Numbered from the stretch's first letter, positions 43,384-54,550 are shown. The stretch: DNA of 64,000 bases from an uncultured bacterium (GCA_963695095.1 CAVOFT010000001.1:2304001-2368000); one strand, 5' to 3'. The notes: generated by a model not told the origin, from the sequence alone. Numbers and translations: made by a program.

Positions 43384-45651
43384 CTAGCGGAGAATGGTCA
43401 TTTGCCCCGTGAGCGACTCGCCCAGGGTGTCGAGCCGATAGAAGTAGACGCCGGCGCTGAGCGGTCGTCCCGCCGCGTCTGTGCCGTCCCAGGTCACCTG
43501 GTTGTTGCCGGAGCCCACCTCGCCCGTCACCAGCGTGCGCACGCGGCGGCCGGAGAGGTCGTAGACGCTGAGTTCGGCCCGGCCGCTCGCCGGCATCACG
43601 AAGCTGAGCGTGGTCTCGCCGCCGAAGGGATTCGGGCGGTTGGCCAGAAGCTGCGGGCGTAGCCCGAAGGGCGCGTCCGCGACGCCCGTGGCGTCGTCGA
43701 TCATGAAGTTCGCGTTCGATACGTCGAAGAAGATGTTGTTCGCCGCCTCCACCTTCACCCGCGCCAGGTTGGTGGCAACATTCGGCGCGACGACCAGCTC
43801 CGAGCCGTCGTTGGCCGTGCCGCTGGCCAACAGGTAGGGCCAGGTGTAGCCGCCGTCGACGGAGAGCCGGATGTTCACCGTGCTGCAGCTGACCGGCGCC
43901 GCCGTGGTGCCGGCCACGTCCCAGGTGACGGTGTACTGGCTACCGCCGTTCCAGGTCAGGACGGTGTTGGGCGAGGTGACAAGGAAGGGACCCGAGGCGG
44001 CCACACTGAAGGAGATCCCATCGTTGATCACGCCCACGCCCCCCGCCTGCACGTCGCGCACGACGCACTTGAAGGTGAGCGAGCGCGCATAGGTCGGCAG
44101 CAACTCGCCGATCGTGTGCGTGTTGCTGAGCAGGTTGAACAACTTGGGGAAGGTGCGCGTGGGATCGGCCACCGGATCGAAGGAACGGAAGATGGGCGCG
44201 TTGCCCACGGGCGTGTCGGGGTGGCCGGCGGCACCCAGATCCGATTCCTCCCAGCAGTAGGTGGCGGCGCCCGTGGTCGTCGCGGTGGCGGTGAGCGCGA
44301 AAGGCGTGTTCAGCGGGATCGAGAAACCGCTGGTGCCGGCGTCCACGATCGGCTCGACGACGCCGGTGGGCGTAGTTGCCGGGCAGCCGTTGCCGAAGCT
44401 CGAGGTCGTGTAGGTGACGATCTCCTGGATATTGATCCAGTGGAAGTAGTCATCGCTGTGGGCCTGCAGGTTCTGCGGCGAGCAGATCCCGGCGTAGGCC
44501 ATGATCGTCGAGCCGCTGCCCGGCTCGTAGGCGGTGGCCGCGTTGCGGTTGCCGCCCGCGCAAGAGCCGGCGCTGCCGTTGAAGCTATGGTTGCCGCCGT
44601 ACTGATGGCCGATCTCGTGGGCAACGTAGTCGATGTCGAAGTTGTCGCCGATCGGCGCATTGAGACCCGTGACGCCCCGGGCCTTCAGGCCGGCCCGGCA
44701 GACGACGCCGAGCCCGGCGATGCCGCCGCCGCCCGTGGAGAAGACGTGGCCGATGTCGTAGTTGGCGGTGCCGATCACGGCGTCGAGATTGGCCTGATTC
44801 TGGCCGAGCATCGTGCCGCCGTTGTTGTTGGTGTAGGGATCCGTGGCCCCGTTCGTGTAGATGATCACGTTGTTGTTGGCGATCAGCTGCATGCGCACCG
44901 AGACTTCCTTCTCGTAGACGCCGGTGACGCGGTTCATGCTCGTCGTGACGGCGGCCAGGCCGGACGCCACCGTGCCGCCGTGGTAGGCCGTGTACTCGCC
45001 GGTCGCCGCCACGGCCGCGCGGTAGGTGCGCAGCTGCGTGCCGGAGCGGTCGCCGGCGCCCTCGCCGACCAGGCGACGCAGCTCCTCGCCCATGCCGTCC
45101 TCGTCGATCACCGTGCAGCCGGCCGGATCCCGCCGCGTGAGCACGTTGTCGCGCTTGTAGTAGCTCTGGTAGTGGCGATCATCACCGCGCTGGAAGGGAT
45201 CGATGTAGACGGTGCCGCGCGACGACAGGATGAAGCCATGGAAGCCGACGGGCGTGATGTCCAGGCGCACCGTGGCGTAGGGATCGTCCAGGCCACGGCC
45301 GGTGAAGGTGCGGATCTCGGGGTACTGCTCGCCGAGCTCGGGGGCGAGCAGGTCGGTGACCAGGATCGCAAAGCGCTCGAAGCTGCCGTCGGGCAGGGGC
45401 AGCTCGATGATCGCGGCCTGATCGGCCTCCACCACGTTCTCGTGGGGCACCGTGGCCAGCTGCGCGCGCAGCGCGTCGAGATCGGCGCTCAGGGCCCGGT
45501 ACTGCGCGGGCGTCGTCGGCCGGTCGTAGGTAGGCGCGATCGCCTCGGGAGCGACGTCGGTCCAGATGGAGGCGGCGAAGGCGAAGCTGCTGCTCGCCAG
45601 GAGCAGGAGCAACGCCGCGGCGAGCCGCAGCGGCGAGAGCGGTCTGAACAT
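43384..45651 (-). CDS. Reprolysin-like (M12B-type) zinc metalloprotease with FlgD-Ig C-terminal domain
   Basis: Signal peptide, YDIGHVF, HEIGHQYGGNH, Met-turn EPGSGSTIMAY; RPNPF...GVYFYRL...QMTILR. Confidence 0.9.
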   Translation of the reverse strand: MFRPLSPLRLAAALLLLLASSSFAFAASIWTDVAPEAIAPTYDRPTTPAQYRALSADLDALRAQLATVPHENVVEADQAAIIELPLPDGSFERFAILVTDLLAPELGEQYPEIRTFTGRGLDDPYATVRLDITPVGFHGFILSSRGTVYIDPFQRGDDRHYQSYYKRDNVLTRRDPAGCTVIDEDGMGEELRRLVGEGAGDRSGTQLRTYRAAVAATGEYTAYHGGTVASGLAAVTTSMNRVTGVYEKEVSVRMQLIANNNVIIYTNGATDPYTNNNGGTMLGQNQANLDAVIGTANYDIGHVFSTGGGGIAGLGVVCRAGLKARGVTGLNAPIGDNFDIDYVAHEIGHQYGGNHSFNGSAGSCAGGNRNAATAYEPGSGSTIMAYAGICSPQNLQAHSDDYFHWINIQEIVTYTTSSFGNGCPATTPTGVVEPIVDAGTSGFSIPLNTPFALTATATTTGAATYCWEESDLGAAGHPDTPVGNAPIFRSFDPVADPTRTFPKLFNLLSNTHTIGELLPTYARSLTFKCVVRDVQAGGVGVINDGISFSVAASGPFLVTSPNTVLTWNGGSQYTVTWDVAGTTAAPVSCSTVNIRLSVDGGYTWPYLLASGTANDGSELVVAPNVATNLARVKVEAANNIFFDVSNANFMIDDATGVADAPFGLRPQLLANRPNPFGGETTLSFVMPASGRAELSVYDLSGRRVRTLVTGEVGSGNNQVTWDGTDAAGRPLSAGVYFYRLDTLGESLTGQMTILR

Positions 45652-45848
45652 GTGGTTCCTCCGGGGGATGATAGCGAAGAGCCAGCGGTGCGCGGCGCGC
45701 CCGAGCTTGTGCTTAGGGACTAGATGGTAGCATGAAAAGCTCCGAAATCCCATCTGAAATGAGAGATCTCGGATTTCAGGGTCGCGGATCGCGCTGGGTC
45801 CCATCGGGACCAGCGGATCGGCTCACCGGGCGGCCCCGGGCCGAGCGC

Positions 45849-46055
45849 TCAGTGGAGCGCCTTCACCGCCGAGAAGCTCAGAGGAGCCGTCGGCGTCGGT
45901 GTAGAAGAAGGCGATGCGGTCACCGTGCTGAGATCGCGCTCGCCATTCGTGAAGTAGAGCCAGCGCCAGCTCAGCGTCAGGGCCGTGATGATCAGATCCT
46001 GAGGGCACTGGGCGAGGAGGCCCCCATGGCCGAGCTCGGCGCTGATATAGAGCTG
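45849..46055 (-). pseudogene. 3' remnant of a secreted-protein gene ending SFSAVKALH
   Basis: Coding-like codons and the same terminal tag as two intact genes, but no plausible start or signal peptide; 5' limit approximate. Confidence 0.55.
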
Positions 46056-46106
46056 CTGCCTTGGCTGAATTCGTTGTACATTGTGGGCAGCCTTGGAGGT
46101 ACCCCG

Positions 46107-46373
46107 ATGCAAGCGATACGCAACTTGACGAGCGCTCCCCTCAGGATCTCGCTTCCCGGCGGCAAGGTCCTGCACCTGGGCCCCGGCAAGACCGCCCAGA
46201 TCGAGGACAGGGCCACCGAACACGCCGGGGTGAAGCGCCTCGTGGAGGCGGGCTCGATCGAGATCCTGGGCGAGGGGACGCGGGCAGAGGGATTCGCCGG
46301 CCCGGGGACCGGCACGGAGCAGACCCAGGGCCGGTCCAAGTCGCCCTTTCGCCGGCGCCAGGGCGAGCGCTAG
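46107..46373 (+). CDS. Small hypothetical protein (88 aa)
   Basis: GGAGGT site before ATG; MQAIRNLTSAPLRISLPGGKVLHLGPGK...; host-like codon use. Confidence 0.7.
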   Translation: MQAIRNLTSAPLRISLPGGKVLHLGPGKTAQIEDRATEHAGVKRLVEAGSIEILGEGTRAEGFAGPGTGTEQTQGRSKSPFRRRQGER

Positions 46374-46629
46374 CGGGAGCGCAGCTGCTCCCCCCGCCGG
46401 CGGCGCACGCAGCCCAGAAACAAAGACTGGCATGATTCACGCTAACGGAGTAGCTTGAGCACTCCGAGCGGGCTCCCGCCCGCCAGCGGCGAACAACAGG
46501 ACCTCCGATCCCCATCCGAGGTCACGCCGCGCGAACACCCCTCTTGCCCTTCACTGTTGTTTGGGTTGGAACTCTCGACCGCAGCCCGCGGGCTCTGCCT
46601 GCACGCTGACGGCGGAAACCAAGGACTGT

Positions 46630-47869
46630 ATGCCTGACTCAGCTACGCTCGCCCGAACCGGCTTCGACCGCTTCGGGCTCCACGCCTCCCTCCTGCGCGG
46701 CATCCGCGATGCCGGCTTCACCAAGCCCTGGCCGATCCAGGACGAGACCATTCCCGCCGGCCTCGCGGGCCGCGACGTCCTGGGCCTGGCCCATGACCGG
46801 CACCGGCAAGACGGCCGCCTTCGCGCTGCCCCTGCTCGATCGGCTGCTCGCGGGACGCGGCCGGGGCCCGCGCGCCCTCGTGCTCGCCCCCACCCGCGAG
46901 CTCGCCACGCAGATCGCGGCCGAGATCCGCCTCCTCGCCGCGCACAGCTCCATCAAGGCCGTCACCATCTTCGGCGGCGTCCCGGCGGCCCGCCAGATCC
47001 GCCAGCTGCAGCAGCGCCCGGAGATCGTGGTCGGCTGTCCCGGCCGCATCCTCGACCTGCTCCAGCAGGGCGAGCTTCGCCTCGATCAGGTCGAGACCCT
47101 CGTCATCGACGAAGCCGATCACATGTTCGACATGGGCTTCCTGCCGGACATTCGCCGGATCCTCGGCGCCCTGCCGGCACGCCGGCAGAACCTGCTCTTT
47201 TCGGCCACCATGCCGGCAGAGGTCCGCCGACTGGCGGACAACGTCCTCAGGGATCCCCAGGTGGTCGAGCTGGCCGACAGCGCACCGGCCAGCACCGTCG
47301 CTCATGCGCTGGTGCTGGTGCCGGAGCAGTCCAAGCGCGACTTGCTCGAACACCTGCTGACCCATGACGACTGCGATTCGGCCATCGTCTTCACGCGCAC
47401 GAAGCGGAGGGCCCGGCAGCTCGCCGAGCAGCTCAACCTGGCCGGGCACCGCGCCGTGGGACTCCAGGGCAATCTCTCCCAGCCCCAGCGCGATCGGGCC
47501 ATGGCCGGCTTCCGCTCGCGGCAGTTCAACATCCTCGTGGCGACGGACATCGTGGCGCGCGGCATCGACGTCAGCGGCGTCTCCCACGTGATCAACTTCG
47601 ACGTGCCGAACACGCCGGAGGCCTACACGCATCGCATCGGCCGCACGGGCCGCGCGATGCTCACGGGCGTGGCCTGCACCTTCGTCACCGGCGAGGATCA
47701 CGGCTGGGTGCGCGCGACCGAGCGGATGATCGGCGCTGCGATCCCGCGCCGACAGATCGAGGGCTTCCGGTCCGATGTCGCCGACGCCCGCCAGCAGCCC
47801 ATCAGCCCGCCGCCGAGCCGCCGCTTCGCGTCGCCGGCTAGCAGTCGCGGCAACCGGCGTTACCGCTAG
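46630..47869 (+). CDS. DEAD-box RNA helicase (RhlE-like); one frameshift near 46794
   Basis: Q motif GFTKPWPIQ, TGTGKT, PTRELA, DEAD, SAT, ARGID, HRIGRTGR. Removing T46794 restores GLAQTGTGKT. Confidence 0.92.
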
Positions 47870-47947
47870 TCGCTCACGCGGCCGGCTCCTCCCCCGAGGA
47901 GCCGGCCGCCTTGAGCGGTCGCTGCGCTTCCGGGCCGCGCCCGGGGA

Positions 47948-50900
47948 TCATTTCACCAGCAGCATCTTCCGGCAGAGCGACTCGCCGCCGGCCTGCAGGC
48001 GATAGAGGTAGACGCCGCTGGCAGCGGGCCGACCCTGCTCGTCGCGGCCGAGCCAGATCGCCTCGTGGCCGCCGGCCCCGAGCTGCTCGTCGACCAGGGT
48101 CGCCAGCTTGCGGCCGCTGATGTCGAAGACGGCCAAGGTGACCCGGCCGGCGGTCGGCAAGCTGAAGGCGATCCGCGTGCTCGGATTGAAGGGGTTGGGG
48201 TGGTTCGACGCCAGGGCCAGGCGCCCGGGCAGAGCCGCGGGCGGCGCGTCGGTGAGATCCGCGATGACGGCGGTGAGCAGGAAGTCGTCGACGCCGGCAT
48301 CCACGAGCGAAGCGCCGCCCTCGTCGGAGGCCACGAAGCGGACCTGCACGTGGTCGGTGAGGCTGATGTGCTGGGTCAATTCGAAGCTCATGAAGGTCCA
48401 CGCCGCCGCCGTGGTCAGCGTGTGCTCGAGGCTGACCCAGTTGAGACCGTCGTTCGTCACGTCGACGTCCCAGTAGTCGGAATCCGGGTTGTTGCCCCAG
48501 GAGTTGGTGTACCAGCGCCAGTAGCTGACGGTCGCCGAGGCCGCCTGCGAGAGGTCGAAGACGGGGCTCAGCAGGGTGGTCTTGCCGCCGTCGACGTCGT
48601 CGCCGCCCGCCGCGCCGCCGGGTACGCCGTTGCCGGTCACGAAGCAGAGCGTGCCGGGGGCGCTGGTGTGGTCGTCCTCGGGCTGGATCGGGTAGCCATT
48701 GTAGGACGTGCCGACGGGGTCCACGCGCACCCACTGGCCGAGGACCGCGTCGTCGTCCGGCGCGCCGATCGTCCAGCCGCGGTCGGCCTCGAGGTCGTCG
48801 AACCAACCGCCGATGGAAAGCTCGAGCGCCAGGTCGGCCGCGAAGCCGGCGAGGTCCGCGACCGCGAGGGCGAGGTCCACGTAGCCCGGCTCGGGACAGG
48901 ACGCGAGGATCTCCACGCCGAAGCCGGCGAGGGTGCCGGTGCCACCGGCCGGGATGGCAGCGCAGCCGCCGCCGGGCGCCGTGATCACCGCGTGCGGATC
49001 CACGCTCGCCAGCAGGCCCGTGAGCTCGCCAGAGTCCGAGTGCCCGACATTGGCGACCAGGATCGCGAGGCTGACGGTCTCGCCGGCCTCCGCCGTGCCG
49101 TCGCCGTCGCCGCCCGGGTAGACGTCGTTGATCGTCAAGCCGGCCAGCGCGAGGACCGGCGCCTGCAGCGTCAGGCTGAACGCCGCGTCCCAGGATCCGC
49201 CATCGCCGTCGATGTGCACGCTGATCTGCGCGACGTGGCCGTCCGGCGCGTTGCCCGCCACCAGGACGGGGCAGGCCGTCGCACTCGCGGCCTCGCTGCC
49301 GGCGGGGATCGTCGGAAAGCTGAGCGGCGCGCCGTCGAGCGTCAGGTAGGGATCGTCGGTGGCGAGGGTCGCCGTCAGGCCCGTCGCCGCGTCCGCGCCG
49401 ACGTTCTGCAGCGAGAGCAGGAGCCCCGCCGCCTCGGCGTAGTCCAGCTCGCCATCGTCATCGCCGGCGGGATCGACGACCGTCACGGCGTCGAAGACCA
49501 GGTAGGGGCCGGCCGCCGGAATGATCGGCACCGCCTGGCGGTAGCGCAGGTTGTTCTGCCGCGTCACGGTCACGATCAGGTCCTGGCCCGGCAGCTGCGG
49601 CGCGATGGGGATCGTCCGCGGCAATCCGGTGCCCACGCCCGTGCCGATCAGCTCGCCGTCGACCGTCAGGCCGATCAGGGCACCCAGATCGGCGGTCATC
49701 GTGAACGCGTCGACGCCGGCGATCAGTTCTGTGGCGTGGGCGACGTTCAGCGGCTGCGGCGGATCGGAGTACACGGTCATGAAGGCGTCGCCGTGATGGT
49801 GGAACAGGTGGTCGGTATGGACCTTGTTCTGCGTGTTGTAGGGCCAGCTGGAGGCCTCCAGGAAGTACTTGCCCGCGACGTTGCCGAAGGCGGGCTGCAG
49901 GTCGTGCCGGCCGGGCAGGGCCGTAGCCCGGGTCGAAGTCCGGCCACATGCAGTCGTACATGCCGAAGATGTAGGCATCGTTGACGAAGGAGTAGGAGAT
50001 CTCCGAGGCGGCGATCAGGCCGAGGGCGCCCTGCCCATGGCGGTGGAAGACCTCGGTGAAGCAGTCGCTGCTGTAGTTGTACTTGCCGGTCAGGCAGTTG
50101 ATCGAGAAGACGAAGGTACAGGTCCTCGTTGTGCAGGCCCGAGAGGTCGCGTGCTGACGTAGTAGGGCTCGCCCCAGCCGTTCTCGGCGCCGTGGTCGCG
50201 GTGCAGCAGGATGAAGGCGCCGGCGTTGATGTCGTTGTTGATGCGCGTCGCGTTGCCGCCCCAGTCGGTCAGATGGGCGGCGGTGCCCGGGATGTAGCCG
50301 AGCCCGTTCGGGACCGAAGTAGTTGACCACCATGGTGGTGTTGGTCGCCGACGACCAGCTGCTGCCCGGCGTGCCCTCGTAGATCGCGTACTCGCGCACC
50401 GGCGTCTTGCCCAGGACGTTGGCCAGGTAGCCGTAGACGATCTCGGAGCAGAGGATGAACCAGCGCTCGGTCTGCCAGCCGCCGGCGATGATCGGGTTCT
50501 CGTAGAAGCCGGGGTTGGTGGGCGGCTGGCGCTCGTAGTCGAGCATCTTGCCGATCATCGTCGCGAGCTCGGCGCCGTTGCGCGCCGTGATGCGCGCGTG
50601 GACCATGTCGGGCAGGTCGTCGCCGTCGACGTCGGCGTAGATGTTGTCCGAGACGCAGTAGCTGTTCCAGATCGGCGAGACGATGGTCGGTCGCGGTCGA
50701 GCCGTAGTCGCCCAGCAGCAGGAAGGCCGCGGGCGGCGTGTCCCAGGTGTTGTAGGCGTTGTTGAGGAAGCTCTCGATCGCCGTCGTCGTGTTGCCGCCG
50801 ATCTCGGTCGTGGTGAAGACGTCGGTACGGATGCCCTGCTCGCGTGCGCCAGGTGCTTCAGCGTGTCGGCCCAGGCCATGAAGGCGGGGTCGTTCGGCGT

Positions 50901-51644
50901 GATGATCACGTACTCGAAGCCCGCCTCGCGCGATTGCCCCGGGGGGCTCGCCGGCAGCTCGGGCAGCCGATCGGCGTTGAGGAGCGCGTTGCGGACCAGG
51001 GGATCCCAGTAGCGGCTGCGCAGGCGATCGTCGCCGAAGACGCCGCGGCCGCCCGCGAACTCGACCTCGACGCGCAGGTCGCGGTAGATGCGCAGCTCGC
51101 GCGTCACCGGGTTGTACTGGAAGGGGGTGATCGCGACGAGCACGGCGTCCACGCCGCGCAGCTGGCGCACCGCGGAGACCTCGGCGATCTCGGCCGGGTA
51201 GAAGGCATCCGTGCCGTAGATCGCGGCGTCGCGCTCGTAGCTCAGGCCGGACTCGGTTTCCAGGGGAATGCGCGGCGCCGGCGCGATCTCGACACCCGCG
51301 AGCGTCTCCACCCGCGAGGCCAGGATCCGCAGCCGCGGCAGGGCGCCCTCGGGCAGGGCCAGGAAGCGGCTCACTCCGGGCAGGTTCGGTGCGCCCGCGG
51401 CGTTGGGCAGGAAGGTGCCGGGCATGCTGGGCAGCAGCTGAGCGCGGCCCTCGACCTCGACGCTCTCCAGCGACCAGGCCTGGAGCGAGAAGACGATCTC
51501 GGCCCCATCGTCCCCCGAGCGGGCGAGCGTGAGCCCGGCCGCGCCCCAGGCGTCGTCGTAGTGGAATTCCTGCGCAGACAGTGGAGCGGCTGCACCAAGC
51601 AGTGCAGCCACCGCCAGAAGCTGGATCCTCAGCAGTGACCTCAT
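47948..51644 (-). CDS. C25 (gingipain-like) cysteine peptidase with FlgD-Ig C-terminal domain; several frameshifts in 49900-50860
   Basis: Propeptide-like PFQYNPV, LLLGD, SDNIY, catalytic-type HRDHG and NCLTG read across frames; HPNPFNP...RKMLLVK. Confidence 0.8.
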
Positions 51645-51960
51645 CGTATCCTCCCTCGGTTGCGCTCTATTCTCCCCTACCGCCGGGGCCTTGTCGTCCA
51701 GCAGTCTAGCATTATCGGATGAATGTATCCAGATCTACTGCCAAGGGTACCGGGGGCCGGCCAGGCCGGAGCTAGGGATCGAGCGACCTGCTCCCTGCAA
51801 CGACGAAGGGCCTACCGCAGGGCAGGCCCTCCTCAGCCCTCGGACTCAGGCTCGCCGCAGGAGGATCTCTACCCTAACGGGCTCGATCCGTTGGGGGCTA
51901 GGGCCAAGACGCGGGATCTGGCAGCGAGGAGCCGTGTCGATCGCCGCAGCAGCAGGACCG

Positions 51961-54111
51961 CTACTTCAGTAGCGTCGTCTTGCCTACTGCTGAACGCCCA
52001 CCTGCGGTGACTTCGCAGAGGTACACCCCGCTTGGCAGCAGCTGGCCCGAGTCAGCGCGGCCGTCCCAAGCTAGGCGAACCACACCCGCAGGCCTGGCGG
52101 CATCGTCAAGAAGCGTCCGCACATGCCGGCCAGCGAAGTCGAAGATCCGCAGCGTCGCTTTCGAGGCGGCCGGCAAGGTGAAGGAGATCTCGGTTGAGGG
52201 ATTGAAGGGGTTGGGATGAGCGTGCAGGCGCAGCGTAGCGGCTGCCCCAGGCGCATCCAGAACAGCGGTCGGCGCACATTGCACGGGAAGCACCAGCAAT
52301 CCGAGATCGGCATCCACCATAAAGGCGAATTCGCTCGTAGCGAAGACATCCCTCGCGAAGGAGGGAGCATCGAAGTCTCCAAGCAGCTGCGGATCGTGCG
52401 GATCAGCGATACTAACCACCTGAAGCCCGTTCTCGTTGTTCGTCGCGTACAGAGTGCTGTTCTGCACGAACACGTCCCCAGTGGAGCCCGGCGCATGCAC
52501 ACAGCCGATGATCTCCGGCTGAGCTGGATTGGCGATGTCGAGGATCTGAACCCCAGCTTCGCTGTCCGCCACATACAGGTAGCTTCCTGCGACTGCAAGC
52601 TCGACCGCGGTACCCGGCGTATGGACAATTGCCACGGCCTGCGGGCTGGCGGGGACGCTGATATCGACAACCATCACGCCCAACAGCATGGCAACATACG
52701 CATGCCCGCCGGAAACCGCGACACCGAAGGCCCAATCGGGCGTGCCGATCGCGCCAATAATCTGCGGACTAGCGGGCAGAGACACATCAATGATCTGTAG
52801 TCCCGCGGACTTGTCCGCGACGAAGGCAAGGCAGCCTTCAACCGCCACATCGATCGCGTAATGCGGCGTATTGACGCTGCCAACGACAAACGGCGCACTA
52901 GGATCGGACACGTCTACTACCTTGAGCCCGGCGATGCCATCTGCGAGGCAGACATACCCCTGCAGAAGGTCGATGGAACAGGCAGTACCGGATGTGTCGA
53001 GACTGCCGAGGAGTTGCGGCACATAGGGATCGCCGACGCTGACGACGTGCAATCCGGCAGATCCATCCGCGATGAAGGCGACGGTGCCCGTGACCATCAC
53101 TCCCTGTGCGAGGCCGGGCGTATCCACATTGCTCAGGACCTGCGGACTGGAGGAATGTGTCGCATCGGCGATGAACATCCCTCCCACTCCATCGGCAACG
53201 TGAACGAACTCCCCTGCCACTGCGACGGCATGAGCATCCGCAGAGTCAATGCTACCTACCAGCTGTGGATTGAGGGGGTCCGTGACATCAGCTACAAGCA
53301 GACCCGCGAATTCGCAGGCAAGATAGGCAAAGTCGCCTCGAATCGTGACATCATAGGCGAAGCGGGGTGTGTCGACGAACCCGACTCCTCGAGGACTGGC
53401 TGGATCGAGAACGTCGACAATCCAGAGTCCGGAATAGCCATCGGCAACGAACGCGTATCGCCCAACCACGTCGATCCCCATGTTCCGACTTGGAGCAGCG
53501 ATACTGCCAATCAACTGAGGAGTCGATGGATCCGAAATGTCGATGACAAAGAGGCCAGCCGTATCCGCAACGTACGCAAGGGTGCCGATGACGGCCACGT
53601 CATTGGCGTACAAGGGCGAATCGTAGCTTCCGGCGATCTGCGGTTCTGCGGGATTCGATAGGTCGACGATCTGGAGCCCCGAATGCCCGTCCGCGACGTA
53701 GGCGAAGGACCCCGCGACTGCGATTCGCTGAGCAGTACCGGGGGTGTCCAGGCTCCCGATCACCTTGGGGGCGAGAGGATCGCCAATGTCGACGAGCAGC
53801 AGGCCTGCGGGGCCATCCGCGATCACCGCAAGGCCGGAGTGGATCGTCACGCCATACGCGGTGCCGGGTGTTGCAAAGGAACCTAGGATCTCTGGCGCGG
53901 ATGGATCTGAGACATCCACCAAGACCAAGCCAGCTTCAGTATCCGCGAGGCAAGCGAGTCCGTCGGAGATCGCGATGCCGTACACCTCTCCAATGGCCTC
54001 GCAGGCACCCCTCCATTGCAGGTAGTCACTGTAGTCGATGCATTCCGCTCTCGCCATCGGAACGAGGGCGAGAGCCGCAATTGCGAACGCCAGGAAGCGC
54101 TTAGGTATCAT
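51961..54111 (-). CDS. LVIVD-repeat protein (about 14 repeats) with FlgD-Ig C-terminal domain
   Basis: Signal peptide, ~42-aa repeats (AYVAD..GLQIVDxSxPxxP), HPNPFNP...GKTTLLK; many A/T-ending codons. Confidence 0.9.
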   Translation of the reverse strand: MIPKRFLAFAIAALALVPMARAECIDYSDYLQWRGACEAIGEVYGIAISDGLACLADTEAGLVLVDVSDPSAPEILGSFATPGTAYGVTIHSGLAVIADGPAGLLLVDIGDPLAPKVIGSLDTPGTAQRIAVAGSFAYVADGHSGLQIVDLSNPAEPQIAGSYDSPLYANDVAVIGTLAYVADTAGLFVIDISDPSTPQLIGSIAAPSRNMGIDVVGRYAFVADGYSGLWIVDVLDPASPRGVGFVDTPRFAYDVTIRGDFAYLACEFAGLLVADVTDPLNPQLVGSIDSADAHAVAVAGEFVHVADGVGGMFIADATHSSSPQVLSNVDTPGLAQGVMVTGTVAFIADGSAGLHVVSVGDPYVPQLLGSLDTSGTACSIDLLQGYVCLADGIAGLKVVDVSDPSAPFVVGSVNTPHYAIDVAVEGCLAFVADKSAGLQIIDVSLPASPQIIGAIGTPDWAFGVAVSGGHAYVAMLLGVMVVDISVPASPQAVAIVHTPGTAVELAVAGSYLYVADSEAGVQILDIANPAQPEIIGCVHAPGSTGDVFVQNSTLYATNNENGLQVVSIADPHDPQLLGDFDAPSFARDVFATSEFAFMVDADLGLLVLPVQCAPTAVLDAPGAAATLRLHAHPNPFNPSTEISFTLPAASKATLRIFDFAGRHVRTLLDDAARPAGVVRLAWDGRADSGQLLPSGVYLCEVTAGGRSAVGKTTLLK

Positions 54112-54425
54112 CTCTGCCTCCCCACCAGTGTGCCGTCACCCACTCCTGGCGCTACCCCCGCAGAGGCCCAAGTCCCTGGACGCGCAAGCAGGTGGCAAAC
54201 GCGGCCGCCGAGCACCAATCCTCCCAGTCCTGGCGATTATAGCACTGGACTGCTGGGGCCGCTACCGCGTCCTGGGGGTAGCGCGTCGCACCGGATGGAT
54301 CCTGGCGAGGGGATGAGTGCATGGCGGCATGGCTGCCTCCTGCAGGAGATGGAGCGCTGCAACTGCGAGCCCCACTTCGGCCGGCCCTAGGATGAAATCG
54401 CACAGACGCTCTCAGCAGCAACACG

Positions 54426-54460
54426 AAGGGCCTGCCAGCTGGCAGGCCCTTTTCTTTGTT
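54426..54460. terminator. Hairpin terminator downstream of the tRNA cluster
   Basis: Perfect palindrome AAGGGCCTGCCAG/CTGGCAGGCCCTT with a T-rich flank. Confidence 0.75.
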
Positions 54461-54472
54461 CATCTGATCAGG

Positions 54473-54546
54473 TACGCCCAGGAGGGCTCGAACCTCCAAC
54501 CTTCTGATCCGTAGTCAGATACTCTATCCAATTGAGCTATGGGCGC
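54473..54546 (-). tRNA. tRNA-Arg(ACG)
   Basis: GCGCCCATAGCTCAATTGGATAGAG, anticodon arm TCTGA-CT-ACG-GA-TCAGA, GGTTCGAGCC. Confidence 0.96.
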
Positions 54547-54550
54547 AGGG

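Noticed and set aside
45849..46433. 194-aa minus-strand ORF as an intact gene
   Set aside because: Its 5' two-thirds is the antisense of the better-supported 46107..46373 gene; only the 3' part looks coding.
51690..54546. Duplicated tRNA-Arg 3' end as a classical att site
   Set aside because: No second copy of the tRNA 3' end was found; only the terminator-like sequence is repeated.
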